Assembly (NCBI GenBank): GCA_051294375.1
Contig: CM119263.1
Coordinates: 31,295,502-31,354,404, forward strand
Source of the DNA: Paraspadella gotoi
Lineage: Eukaryota; Animalia; Chaetognatha
Length of the DNA stretch: 58,903 nt
Direction: 5' to 3'
The position numbers and the translations under genes were made by a program. Numbering within the stretch: the stretch's first letter is position 1; every line of letters starts with the position of its first letter. A model generated the notes under the pieces. The model was not told the DNA's origin. It saw only the letters and a list, made by a program, of their open reading frames with translations, and ran no database searches. This document shows, one piece after another, positions 1-11,049 of the stretch.

Positions 1-2965
1 CGCCCAGGTTTTAGGCCTGGATCCGCCCATGGACTCGAGTCTCGACACGGACCTTTCCACGCTGGCTCTTCTTCCGGAAGTCCCGTCGGAGGTCGGCTTC
101 GTCTCCTTCAAGCTTTGGACGACGCTCGTTGGCGAGACATCGCCCATCCTCGATAACTTCTCGGGATTCCGTCTCGAGGGGGCGAAGCAGTTCCAGCACG
201 CTTCCATCTTCCCTCGGAGAGACTCCATCCTTGGGGACCGAGACGCCTTGGTCGACGCGGTGTTTGCGGCGGTTTTGGAGTAGAACGCCATCGAGGTAGT
301 CCTGGGTTCTCCGGGTTTCTTTTCCAAGTTTTTCCTCTTTAGGAAGAAAGATGGAGGCTGGCGCCCGATTTTGAACTTTAAAAAGCTCAACTCTCGTTCC
401 CTTCGCCGCCTTATTTCCGGATGGAAGGAGCCCCGGACGTTCGAAGGATGTTCGACGAGACGATTGGGGTGCCTCGATAGACCTTCGAGATGCTTATCTC
501 CATCTCCCGATCCACGAGGATCATCGGAAATTTTGCCGCTTCATTTGGAAGGGCCGCTCCTACCAGTACAGAGTCCTTCCATTCGGCCTCTCGACGGGCC
601 CTTGGCTTTTCCAAAGACGACGAGCCCCTTTAGTGCAGTGGCTCCGCCCACAGGGGATTCGATGCCTTTTTTATTTAGGCGGCATCTTGATCCTGAGTTC
701 CTTGGCGGACGATTGTCGACGAGCCACTCGGAGGCGGTGTGGCTACTCAAGAAGGCGGGGTCATGCGCTCCCGGAGACGAAAATTACGATTCTTCGCTCT
801 CGCGGAGAACCTTTTGCCAACGACCGCGCACGTGCTCGTCAGTGCCTTCAGTTCTGGGCCATTCGACGGCGGCGTCCTTGGCAGTACCGCTGCTACGCTG
901 CCGGTTTTCGAGGATTCAACAGAGACGTCTATCGTGTCTACAAGTCGGAGAAGGATCTCAACCGCGTTGTTCCTCCCCACTCGCCGGCGATGGAGGAGCT
1001 GCGGTGGATCGCAGCCCTCTCTCCAGACCAGTGCTTCGCTCCGATCGACGACCTCCTCCGGAGGTCTGCACGCTGGAGGTGACGACGGATGCTTCGTCGC
1101 AGGGATGGGGGGTTTCTCCATCAGGGCCGACTATCGAGGTGAACCTGGTCGACTGCGGATGCCCCTCTCCTTTTCAATGTGAAGTTTTCACAGTTCTGAG
1201 GATCTTCCTCCAACGATTCGGAGCTTCCTTCCACGGCGCGTCCTTGGAAGACGGACAGCCTCGTCTCTCTTACCTGCCTTCGTCGGGGCTACAGCAGGAG
1301 TCAATCTCTCTTCGGAGGAGATCCTCATCACGGTCGCGGCGTCGAGGGGCCGCAAGGTGGCGGACTGGGAACTCCTTCCGAGAGTCTCCCATCAGATGGT
1401 CGACATTTTCGGTCTCCCCAGCATCGATCTTTTCGCGACTCCCCGGTCGGCTCAAGTTCCACGTTTTTTCGCCTGGGAGGCGACGCTGGAGGCGGAGGGG
1501 ATAGACGCCTTGGCGCAACGCCGGGTCTTCGACCTGGCCTATCTTTTTCCTCCCCTCTTCTGCTGATGTTGGTGGTCCGCAAGTTGGAGAAGGCGAGGGC
1601 ACCTCTCTCCTGATCACCCCGTTTTGGCCGGCTCAGAAGTGGTTCCAGAGCCCCCTTTTCCTTCGGATTCTGGACGCGAGGCGCTTCCGGCGCCGAAGAA
1701 GCTCGTCGTCGACCTCGTGTCCGGGCTTCCGCCACCGCAGGCGGATCGCTTCAGGATCGTCGTCTGGAGGATTCTAGGCGGTGCCACTATCTCTCCGACA
1801 TCGACGACTCCACCTTCTCCGTCATCGTCGACAGCTGGGAGGCTCTACCAGAGAGCGCTACGCCAGAGCTTGGAGCTTCTTCTGCGACTTCCTTCAGGAT
1901 AGAGAGGTTCGAGGATCTCAAGCCTCTCTAGAGGATGTTCTACGATATCTCGGTTTCTGTGCGAGAAGGGCCTCTCGTACAGCACAATCAACCTTCGCAG
2001 ATCGGCCATCTCAACTCTCCCCCCCCTGGCGGGAGCGCCGGTTGGAGAGCATCCCTTGATCCGGCGCCTTCTCAAGGTAGTTTTCGAGAGACGCCCTCCT
2101 TCACGTCGGTCTTCCCCACGTGGAATGCGGACTCGGTCTTACGCATTCTCGACTCGGCGCCACTCCGATCGCGCCGAGGGATCTTCTACGACGCTCGCTC
2201 TTTCTCGTCGCTTTAGCGTCAGCTCGTCGCCCTTCAGAGATCGTCTCTCTTCGTTGCGACGCGGGCTATTTTTCCTTAGTGGCAGATCACGTTCGTCTGG
2301 TTCCATCGACGCTCTTGAAGACGGACAGGGTTGGACACAGGGGTCCGGCGTTTCGTCTGGTTTCGCTGCCACTTTCGGACCGCTGCCCGGTTCAGGCGCT
2401 GCGCCTTTGGCTCTCTCCGTTCGGATTTGGCGCCGCCACACGATTTTCTTTTCTGCGCTCCCGCGCCGCCTTTCGTCATCTTTCGACGCAGCGTTTCGCC
2501 TCCCTTCTCAAGGAGCCTTTCTTGGAGGCGGACGTTTCCGCGTCCCCGGGGTCGACGCGCGCTATGGCGGTCTCGGACGCCTTTGCCCGCGGAGTGGAGC
2601 TGGCGTCATCCTTTCGCGTCATCCTTCGCGCGGGAGATTGGTCTGGCACGCAGACCTCCTTCCGTTTCTACTGCAGGGACGTCGCGTGGAGCGCCCCTCC
2701 GGGTTTTTTTTTTCTAGGGACGATTGAGGCTTCGTATTCCCGGATGAGGGAGGGAGCCGGCTTGGGATTTGCCGGGCTCCCATTGGTCGAGGCCGGTCAC
2801 GTGACGGCTTCCCCTGGATTTCTTTTTTTCATCTATCGATGTTATTTTGTTCGTTTTTCTTACTCTGATAAACGCGCGATCTATCGACTAGCGCGAACAA
2901 AGGGCATTTCGTGGCGAGGCGGACCGGATATAGAATTAATATTCCATAAAGGAATTAAAAATTTT
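1..2965 (+). mobile_element. DIRS-type tyrosine-recombinase retrotransposon, 3' part, degenerate (RT, RNase H, Dam-like methyltransferase, YR)
   Basis: Motifs in DIRS order across frameshifts: RT (GFFSKFFLFRKKDGGWRPILNFKKLN about 310-390; DLRDAYLHLPI; LPFGLSTGP; YLDD box read as YLGG at about 672), RNase H (VTTDASSQGWG about 1080), methyltransferase (IDLFATPRSAQVPRFF...GIDALAQ...YLFPP 1420-1555), YR (LALASARRPSEI...STRAMA...GDWS...FRFY 2200-2680). Probable right end: hairpin ATTCC-ataaa-GGAAT then AAAATTTT at 2941-2965. Confidence 0.9.
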
Positions 2966-3104
2966 CTGCGCATGGATTGATTTAACAGATCACATTGACT
3001 TCGGATTGAACACACCACTTTGAAAATGAAAAAAATATTTAACTCTAGTTAAACTTTCCCTAATCTTGACTTTTTTCTTTTCCATTCCCAAAAATTTATT
3101 TCAG

Positions 3105-6100
3105 ATTCCCCGCGTTTTTTTCACGGTTCAAATTCCCCCACGGTTTCCGCCTCCTCCTCTCCCGCCGCCGATCGAAGGCCGACACGAGCCGACAAACGCG
3201 ATGCCGGCGGCGGCGGCAGCGAGAGGAATTCTGTGGTGCAGGTGGAGGGGCAGGTGGAACTTCCTGCCACGCCCACTCTTTCCTCTCATAGGTAACCAAC
3301 TTCTTTGCAGGGGAGCGATCTTGTTGCATTGCAATATTGTCATCGTTAAATTTTTCCTCCATAGCTTGACCTCCTTGATCTCTCCGCCGTCTGGATTATC
3401 GGCCCCCGTGCCCGAAAATATCATCGAAGAAGCTCATGAAATGGGTGACGGTGACAGGTATTTGTTATTATTTTTAATCGATTGTGATTAATGATCAATA
3501 TAACGATTTACTAAATGATTTCCTGTTTTCAATTCAGCCCCAGAACTTGTCACGCCTTTCCCACCGACGCCGTTTCCGCCCCGGATTCCTCTTCAAAGCG
3601 CCTCCCGCCTCCGATAACGCCGCCCGTCTCTCTAAAGACACAATCCGACTTCACCCCCTTACCTTCTCATTCCCATGACAACAACTCTTCAACCCCGACG
3701 CGCCACAGTCCTTCAGCCAACTCGACGGGTCGGTCCTCGACCGGCTCCGCCTCCCTCCCGCGCTTATCGTCGTCGCGACCGAGCGCCACTCCGCCCTTAA
3801 CTCTGCCGCTCGGATCCTCGGTCACTCCGCCAGCGACGCCGACGTCGACCACGAAGAGGACGCCGCGGGCGACGACGAATTCGAAGAACGACGACAAGCG
3901 CAACTCTGTGGCGTCTTTGCCCGACGCTGTGGGCGATACGCTGGGTGAGTGAGCGTTGATTAACTTATCAAAGTTAGACTCGTCTATTAATATATATAAA
4001 TCATTTATTTTTGGTGGTTGTTCTTTTCCTTCAATAGCCATCGTTTACGTGAAAGGTATAAAATGATATCTGATAAAGCTTTTACTCTTACTTTTACTCT
4101 TACTGACCGGGAGCGTCGAGCTGTGTAGCGTAGCTATTATATATGCAATTTTATTCGAATACAACAAGGTTGATTCAGTACAAACAAACAAACTTAGACG
4201 AAGTCTGAGCAAACGAAAAACATAATAAAATAGAGAGAAAAATAAAAAAAATAGTTAATTAATAAAATTAATTAATTAAAGTGTAAACAATTAAAAAATG
4301 TTTTTATGTTGTAAAAAAACGGAACAAGTTTGGTATTCGAGCATCTTGTGGCAATGTAAACATAAAGTGTTATCATCTCACTAACATCTCGATAATCGTT
4401 TTGCCATTTCTCTTCCGCCTTCAGCTCGATCGAGGCGAACTTTGACCTCGGCCGTCGCCAACCCTTTGGACTCTGCGATCGAATTGAGCAACAAATCTGG
4501 AAAAGTCCTCGACTCTGCTCTCACCAAATCCACATCCGCCTTCACCAAAGGCTTTTTCTCCGTCGGCACAGACCTCAACAAAGGCTTCACAACCGTCGGC
4601 TCATCTATCAACAAATTCGGGACGACGTTGAAGAACAATACTGTTGGGAAAATCACCGACGATGATCAAGAAGATTCCTGGTTTGTTGGCGGTGTTGTTC
4701 GTGTGGAATAGTTTAATTTAGGTCTTTGTAATTTAGCTTAATCGTATTATTTCTTCCGATCCTTTATCAGGACGGAAGTGTCGTCGAACCACTCGGACTC
4801 TGACGATTCTGATTTGGTCATCATCGGCGCGGACGACCTCGTCTCCGTCGGGAATTCCTCCGACATCGGCGACGCCTTCGGTTCCCTCGATCCTTTGGAG
4901 GATCTCGCCGGCGCCGCCGACGCCGTGGAGGAAGGCGCCGAGGCACGCGACGACGCCGACGCCGATCGGGAATCCGTTTCGTCGGCGACGACGACCTCGG
5001 CGCGAAATCGCGAACGGGTCTCCGTAGCGGCGCTGACGCTGCCCGGCGGATCTCAACTCTGCCTACAAGTGCAACCGGCCGGCGGATTGGCGCTGAAGGC
5101 GATGCTGACGACGCCGCGATTGGCCGCCGTCAAGAATCTCGGCTTCGATGAGTTTCAGTCAAAATTCGCCGCCGCGGGAAAGAAGAAGGCGGAGGCGGAG
5201 ACCAGCGACGGGAAAAAAGGTGATTATTATCTTATTAATAGATTATTAAATAATGATTAGTAAAATAATTTGACTGATTCTCCCTACTTTCTCCTTCTCA
5301 GACACGCAATCATTTCCCGTATTCCTCCGCTTCGACGCGGGTCCGCCCGCCGACGCCCTCGTGCCCGGCTCGGCCGACGTGGGCGTGGTGCGCGTTGACG
5401 TTTCCAACCTCGCCATATCTCTCCCCGTTTCCATGGCGACGGCTTTTGCTGATTTGTTCGAGGACGAAATCATTCCGCCGCCGATGCCTCTCGAGGTCAA
5501 CGTCAAAGGAATCGCTTTTAAGGTGATGGTCTACGGATATAAGCTTGAAGGAAAAAAAGATTTAAATTCTCTCTTTCTTTCACTCTTTCTCTCTTTCTTT
5601 CACTCTTTCTCTCTCTCTCTATTTTTTTTCTCTCTCTTTCCCGCTTTCTTTCTTTTTTCTATTTTTTTTCTTTTTTTCTTTCTTTTTTTTTCTTCTTTTT
5701 TTCACTCTTTCTCTTTCTTTCTGTCTCTTCTTTCTTTCTTTTTTTCTCTTTCTTTCTCTCTTTCTTTCTTTATTTTTTCTTTTTTTTTCTCTTTCTTTCT
5801 TTTTCTTTTTTTTTTTTCTTTCTCTCTTTCTTTTTTTCTTTTTCTCTCTCTTTCTTTTTCTTTCTCTCTCTCTCACACACACATTTACACCCACACACAG
5901 ATGGTCCCCGATCTCCCTCCCCTTCACTTGACTTCTCCCGGTCCGATCGAACTCGATTTCTTCGTCGCCTCCACACGTCTCCTTCGCGGACTCGACGGCG
6001 TCTTTCGCGTCAACTTCGAGGGCAATGCCCACTCCGCTCCAACTTTCGCCGGCGCCACCAGCGAGGCCCTCATGCGGGAAAAGTTGGAAAACGCGAACCT

Positions 6101-6886
6101 TAAACAAAAGGTGGTTCGTTTGGCGACGGAGATGGAAGTATTAAAGAGATTGAGAAAGATGGAATCCCGCGGCGGAAGTCCGACCAAAGAGATGGAAATG
6201 GTGGGAGATTTGTCGTCGTCGACTTCATCGAAGAAGGAGCACCGAAAATTGTCTCGTTTGTTGCCCAACGATCTTCTTCTCAAAGGCGCCGCTTCGTCGG
6301 GTTCGTCCGGCGCTCAGACGCCGCCACCCTCGCCCTCTCCCCTCCCTCCCCCGGGCGACAAGGACGATCAACTTCGCCTCAAAATCGACGAACTCATGGA
6401 AGAAAATTCCAGCTTGAAGACCGTTTTGAAGGACGCGCTGGGCCGCCTCGCAGCGGCGGAAGACGCTGCCGCTGAGCAGCGGTATGTCGCGGAAAAACAG
6501 CAGCATCAAGAGAAGCCGACGATTATGGAGGAGGAGGAGGAGGCGGGGTCGCTGCGAAAGGAGAACGAGTTACTCAACGTTAAACTCGGGGAATCCAAAG
6601 ATGAGGTAAGCGCGATTAAATTTTTTTTTTTTTAAATGGCTTTGTATAAAAATAATCCAAACTGCTACAACATGCAAATGAGATTGAGGAACTTTACGTA
6701 TCTCATTCGAAATGAATCACAGGGTACTCCGCTGTGTTTAATAATAATTTTATTACGTAATCAATTATTCTGCAGATTACGCAACTGAATCAAGAGAAAA
6801 ACTCGCTCCTCGCGACGCTACAATTGCTACAAGAAGAACTCTTACGATCGGAACACATGCGGGGCAGAGCGAGCACCACATCCTAA
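3105..6886 (+). CDS. BLTP3: Bridge-like lipid transfer protein 3 (UHRF1BP1/UHRF1BP1L family), 3' exons only; start lies upstream of the window
   Basis: Spliced exons about 3105-3457, 3538-3944, 4425-4678, 4770-5219, 5301-5522, 5901-6605, 6776-6886. FLRFDAGP...FEDEIIPPPMPLEV...DLPPLHLTSPGP...RGLDGVFRV followed by a C-terminal coiled coil matches the UHRF1BP1 C-terminus as I recall it. Internal exon boundaries are approximate. Confidence 0.75.
5565..5898. repeat. Low-complexity CT-rich intronic tract
   Basis: Polypyrimidine run inside a BLTP3 intron. Similar tracts at about 35390-35640, 38830-39080 (A-rich) and 51280-51440. Microsatellites: (AAT)n 11233-11347, (GA)n 36100-36148, (CT)n 56399-56478. 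Confidence 0.9.
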
Positions 6887-7845
6887 TGTCGACTCTTTTA
6901 TCCAATCTGTATCGCTTGACTCACTATCAACTAGTCCTATCAAGCATTTGAAATGCTCAGGTTCGAAACGGACAAGTAAGGCCTTATTTGGGAGAATTAT
7001 TTATTTTCTAAGCTTAATAATTTTTTGGTGCGTTGTTGGATTCTTGGTTGATATCGTTAAAATCTGTTACAGGCTAACTTTTTAGACTAGTAGGTTAAAA
7101 AAAAATTGCCGATTTGTATAGATATGTTTTTATTAGTTTTTATTGTATTCAGAAGTTCCGTCTCTTTTTATATTACGTATATTTCATACTTTTTAGCTAA
7201 ATAGTCGTGATATTGTTACCGTGACGATTATAGGTAAACCTCGTGAATCATATCTTATTAGGTTAAGTGCTAATACCTTTCAAAGAAATTAAAGTTAGTT
7301 CTTTAATACGATTCGCACTTTGATATTTACAATAATCCCTTTTTATTGATTATTGTGAAATGATTACTCGGTAAGTAGACATACTACAAGATATCTAAGT
7401 CATGATAACACTTACGCTGCTTGCCGATTTTCCTGTATTACTATTAGAAAAGGTTAATCAAATTTGCAATCCCTTCAGCATTCCTCTAGGCTGGACCTAG
7501 TACTTCAGATAGGGTAGTGACGAAAAACGTATCAAATCATTTTAGTTAAACATATATACTAATTGAAGTCTAAATTATTTAATTTTATATATCCTCATCT
7601 AAAATGATTTGTCACCTGTGATTGCCACCGCTTGCTATCCAGTATATTCTTAATCTTTCCCCCCCTTTTTACAAAATTTGAAAAAGTATTTTCGCAAAAA
7701 AAAGTTTATATTAAAAAACCCCTAGACTTTTTTCTTGATTCATAACTTTTTGGCTCAGATGAGTGATAAAAAAGACAATGAATTACGAATTAAATGATTG
7801 ACTTTTGAGGAGGAAAAAAGATTCCAGTGAAAACTTGATCCGGCG

Positions 7846-10563
7846 ATGTCCTGGTTGACTGGTTACATCGGCAAAGCAGAATCTCTACTCAACGCTCTCG
7901 ACTCTTCCGCCAGCGAACTCCTCGCCACTTCCTCTATCGACGACGAAACCGCCCCCGCCGTCGCCGCGGGCGGCGCGGACACCACCCCGCCGCTTCGGTA
8001 TCAATCGCGCGAGAACCTTGCCCCCACCGCCGCCGCCGAAGTCCCGACTTACCCCACCCGCCGCCCCTCCCCGCCTTTAGTTTCTCCCTCTCCCACTTCG
8101 GCGTCCAATCCCGACGGGTTCGCCCTCGAATCGAGTCGGTTGTCGCAACAGTTGCTCCGCGGGTCTACGGGTTCGCCGAAGCCGCAGTCGAGCGACCGAA
8201 CGGACGAAGCGCTGCTCGATTTTCTAAACGCCCCCACGCCCAAATCCCTCGCCTCCTCTTCAACTCTCAAAGCGAACGCGGCCCCAGTGTCCGGTCAACC
8301 TCGATCCAGAAAGTTCAAAACTATCGCCCCCATGTCGAAGACTTCGGAATCTTCGATCCACTCCACCTCCGTCGCCGCCGTAGCCTTTCCTCCGCGCGAC
8401 GAGGACAGCGACGGTAGCAGCGGCGCCAGTAGCGGCAGCAGCGGAGCTAAAACCCACAGCAGCGGCGGCGGTGACTCGGCGTCGGATCCTCCGCCCTTCA
8501 TTCAAATTCCGACTTCTTCTTCGATGTCTCGATCTTCTTCGTCCTCGATGGTCATCGTTTCCCCGCAGCCGCCGCAGCCGGACACGCCCTCTCCAGTCAA
8601 CGCGGCGGAGCAGCTCGATCCTCTCGTCGAAGCGTCGGTTGCTAAATCTCGATCCTCATCGGGCGAGAGTCTTCCGAGTAGGGGTGGCGCCGCCAGCGGC
8701 GAATCCGTCGCTCCGACGCCGCCTCTTTTGGAATCGGAACCGGAAATGATTCCGACGCCGCCGTCCGGCGTCATGACTTCGTCTCAAGAATCCGATTGCG
8801 AAATTCTCTCCGCCGGCGAAGTCGCGTTGATCGAAAGCGCCGAACCGCGCCGCGACCTTGAGATCGTCGTCGAGTCTGCGCAAAGATCCGACGCCGTTAA
8901 AAGCGGCGTGCCCGGCGTCGAAGCGAGTGTAGAAGCGGCGTCGCTCGGCCTCTCCGTCTCAAAGCTACAACTGGAGAATCAGTTGCTTCGTTCGGAGATC
9001 AAATCTCTCAACGAGGAAATGCAGGGAGCCTGGCATCAGGCCCAGTTGACCAAGGAGGAGCACCTTCGCGTTGCCGGAGAGGTAGAGCAGGCCAAGCGGC
9101 GCTACAAGGAGTTGGAGAAGGGCCGCTCAGAAGCGGAGCGACGGGCGGCGATGGCCGAGGAGCGGGCGAGAGAGTTGGACGATAGAACCCTGCGTTTGGA
9201 GCAGAGGTTGAAGGAGGCGGCGGGAAGATCCGAAGACTCCGCCGCCGCCATCGACGCCAAGGACGGCCAGTTGGCGGTGCTTAGGGTCAGACTCGCCGAG
9301 GCGGATGAGAAAGCGGCGCGACTCGGCGCCCAAATCGAAAGCCTCGACAACGAAAACCGGCGTCTCTTGAAGGATCACGACGTTTCTATGGCGACGCATT
9401 CCAACGCTTTTCAAGCTCTGGAATCCAGCGCGAGTCAAATGGAAGAAAAGTTGGAGAGAAAAAACAAAGAATTTGATCGACTCGAATCGGAACTCGCGAC
9501 TTTGCAGAGAGAGTCAGCTGAAGAGAAGGCAGGACTCGCCTCCATGATCACTTCCCTGCAGGCGGAACTGGGAGCCGAGAAAAATCGCGCCACGTCGCTT
9601 CAGCATCAGCTGGCCGGATCTCAGCGCAGCGCCGAAGCTGCCAGGAAAGAGCTGAGCGAATATCGGGCCAAAGCCACGAGGACACTGCAGGCTAAAGAAA
9701 AACTCATCGCCTCTCTCAAGGAGGGCGGCGGCGGCGAGTCCTCCCGCGACGCTGCTGCAGCGTTGGAGATCGACGGCGTCAGGAGCGAGCGCGACTTGCT
9801 GCGTGAGGAAGTGGACAGTCTGAGATTAGAGATGGAGACGGCGAGGATGGAACTGGCCGAATCGGAGGCGCAGGCTGCTCGTGATCAAGACGTCCACAAC
9901 GAGCAGATGGAATCGATCAACTTCCGTTTGAAGGAGACGGAAGAGAGACTCAACTCGCAGACTTTCGACATTTCGAAACTGCAGCAGGAACTCGCCTGCG
10001 CCCACGACGAGCTGCATCGAGCCAAGATCGGATTTCAATCCACACTGACGACGAAGGACGAAGAGGCCGCGCAGCTGCGAAAGCGTCTCGAAGCCAGAGA
10101 AGTAACCGCCGCGGCACAGCCGCACGTGGAGCAGCGACTGCAGGCGCTGACGGAGAATCTCATCGAGAAACAGACGACGATCGAGTCTCTCTCCACCGAA
10201 AGATCGAGTCTCAAGCTGCAGCTGGAAAGGATGCAGGCCGCAGCCGCAGCCGCTGCCGCTTCAACCGCCTCCTCGGCCTTTTCCGCTTCCATTCGATCCT
10301 CCGCCGTCCACGTCGCCATCGATAACGACGATCGCGACGTCACCAAAATGCGCCTACCCCCCTTTCTCCGCGAATCGCCACAGGACACGGGCGTTGCGCG
10401 CGGAGTCAAACGCGCGGCGTCCACGTTGGACACCCTCGGCGTTCGAATCGGCGTCTTTTTTCGTCGCTATCCCGTGGCGCGTGTGTTGGCGATCGTTTAT
10501 GCCGGACTCTTGCATTTGTGGGTCGTTTTCATTTTGCTCACCTACACGCCGGAAATGCACTGA
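7846..10563 (+). CDS. GOLGA5: Golgin-84 (golgin subfamily A member 5), intronless, 905 aa
   Basis: N-terminal MSWLTGYIGKAESLLNALD, long coiled coil including KDGQLAVLRVRL, and the golgin-84 tail RRYPVARVLAIVYAGLLHLWVVFILLTYTPEMH (TM segment). Confidence 0.95.
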   Translation: MSWLTGYIGKAESLLNALDSSASELLATSSIDDETAPAVAAGGADTTPPLRYQSRENLAPTAAAEVPTYPTRRPSPPLVSPSPTSASNPDGFALESSRLSQQLLRGSTGSPKPQSSDRTDEALLDFLNAPTPKSLASSSTLKANAAPVSGQPRSRKFKTIAPMSKTSESSIHSTSVAAVAFPPRDEDSDGSSGASSGSSGAKTHSSGGGDSASDPPPFIQIPTSSSMSRSSSSSMVIVSPQPPQPDTPSPVNAAEQLDPLVEASVAKSRSSSGESLPSRGGAASGESVAPTPPLLESEPEMIPTPPSGVMTSSQESDCEILSAGEVALIESAEPRRDLEIVVESAQRSDAVKSGVPGVEASVEAASLGLSVSKLQLENQLLRSEIKSLNEEMQGAWHQAQLTKEEHLRVAGEVEQAKRRYKELEKGRSEAERRAAMAEERARELDDRTLRLEQRLKEAAGRSEDSAAAIDAKDGQLAVLRVRLAEADEKAARLGAQIESLDNENRRLLKDHDVSMATHSNAFQALESSASQMEEKLERKNKEFDRLESELATLQRESAEEKAGLASMITSLQAELGAEKNRATSLQHQLAGSQRSAEAARKELSEYRAKATRTLQAKEKLIASLKEGGGGESSRDAAAALEIDGVRSERDLLREEVDSLRLEMETARMELAESEAQAARDQDVHNEQMESINFRLKETEERLNSQTFDISKLQQELACAHDELHRAKIGFQSTLTTKDEEAAQLRKRLEAREVTAAAQPHVEQRLQALTENLIEKQTTIESLSTERSSLKLQLERMQAAAAAAAASTASSAFSASIRSSAVHVAIDNDDRDVTKMRLPPFLRESPQDTGVARGVKRAASTLDTLGVRIGVFFRRYPVARVLAIVYAGLLHLWVVFILLTYTPEMH

Positions 10564-11049
10564 AGAAGCGTCGTATTGTGAAAGGAAGTACATTTTATCT
10601 CAAGTCACAAAACTAGTCCCCCCCCGACCTTACTATTGAATGTTTTGTAAATGATTTGCTTGCATTAAACCGAGTCACGCACTTTTACTTATCTGTTGAC
10701 TGTAATAAATTATTTTAAATAACAGACGAAAAAAAAATCGTACTTTTTTTATGTAACTGAATGATCAATTTTACCTGCAGCTGTTTTTTTTCTCGAAATC
10801 TGGATGCTCTTGTCAAACAATTTTTGGAAAAATCCGAGGCCTCGACGAATTAAGCCCGACTCGTTGAAAAGAAATTTTTTTCCGAGATCAAACATTTTCA
10901 ACCAGTCGGTTCTGCTAAGATCGCGTTTATAAAAAAATATTTTTCCTGACTTCCTATTTCATTATTGATTTCTCCTTTTTTATTCTCTTTCCCTTTAAGA
11001 TTTGTATTTATAACAATAAATATTCCACTTTGGAAAAAAAACCCAAAAA

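Noticed and set aside
5523-5900. In-frame Phe/Ser/Leu-rich 'transmembrane' stretch in ORF 5361-6635 and Lys/Arg/Glu-rich antisense ORFs
   Set aside because: A CT-rich GT-AG intron that happens to lack stops; protein homology resumes exactly across the splice. The same artefact occurs at 35275-35800, 38817-39244 and 55907-56500.
8049-10593. Numerous antisense and alternative-frame ORFs over GC-rich exons
   Set aside because: Shadow ORFs caused by GC-rich codon usage, with no recognisable domains.
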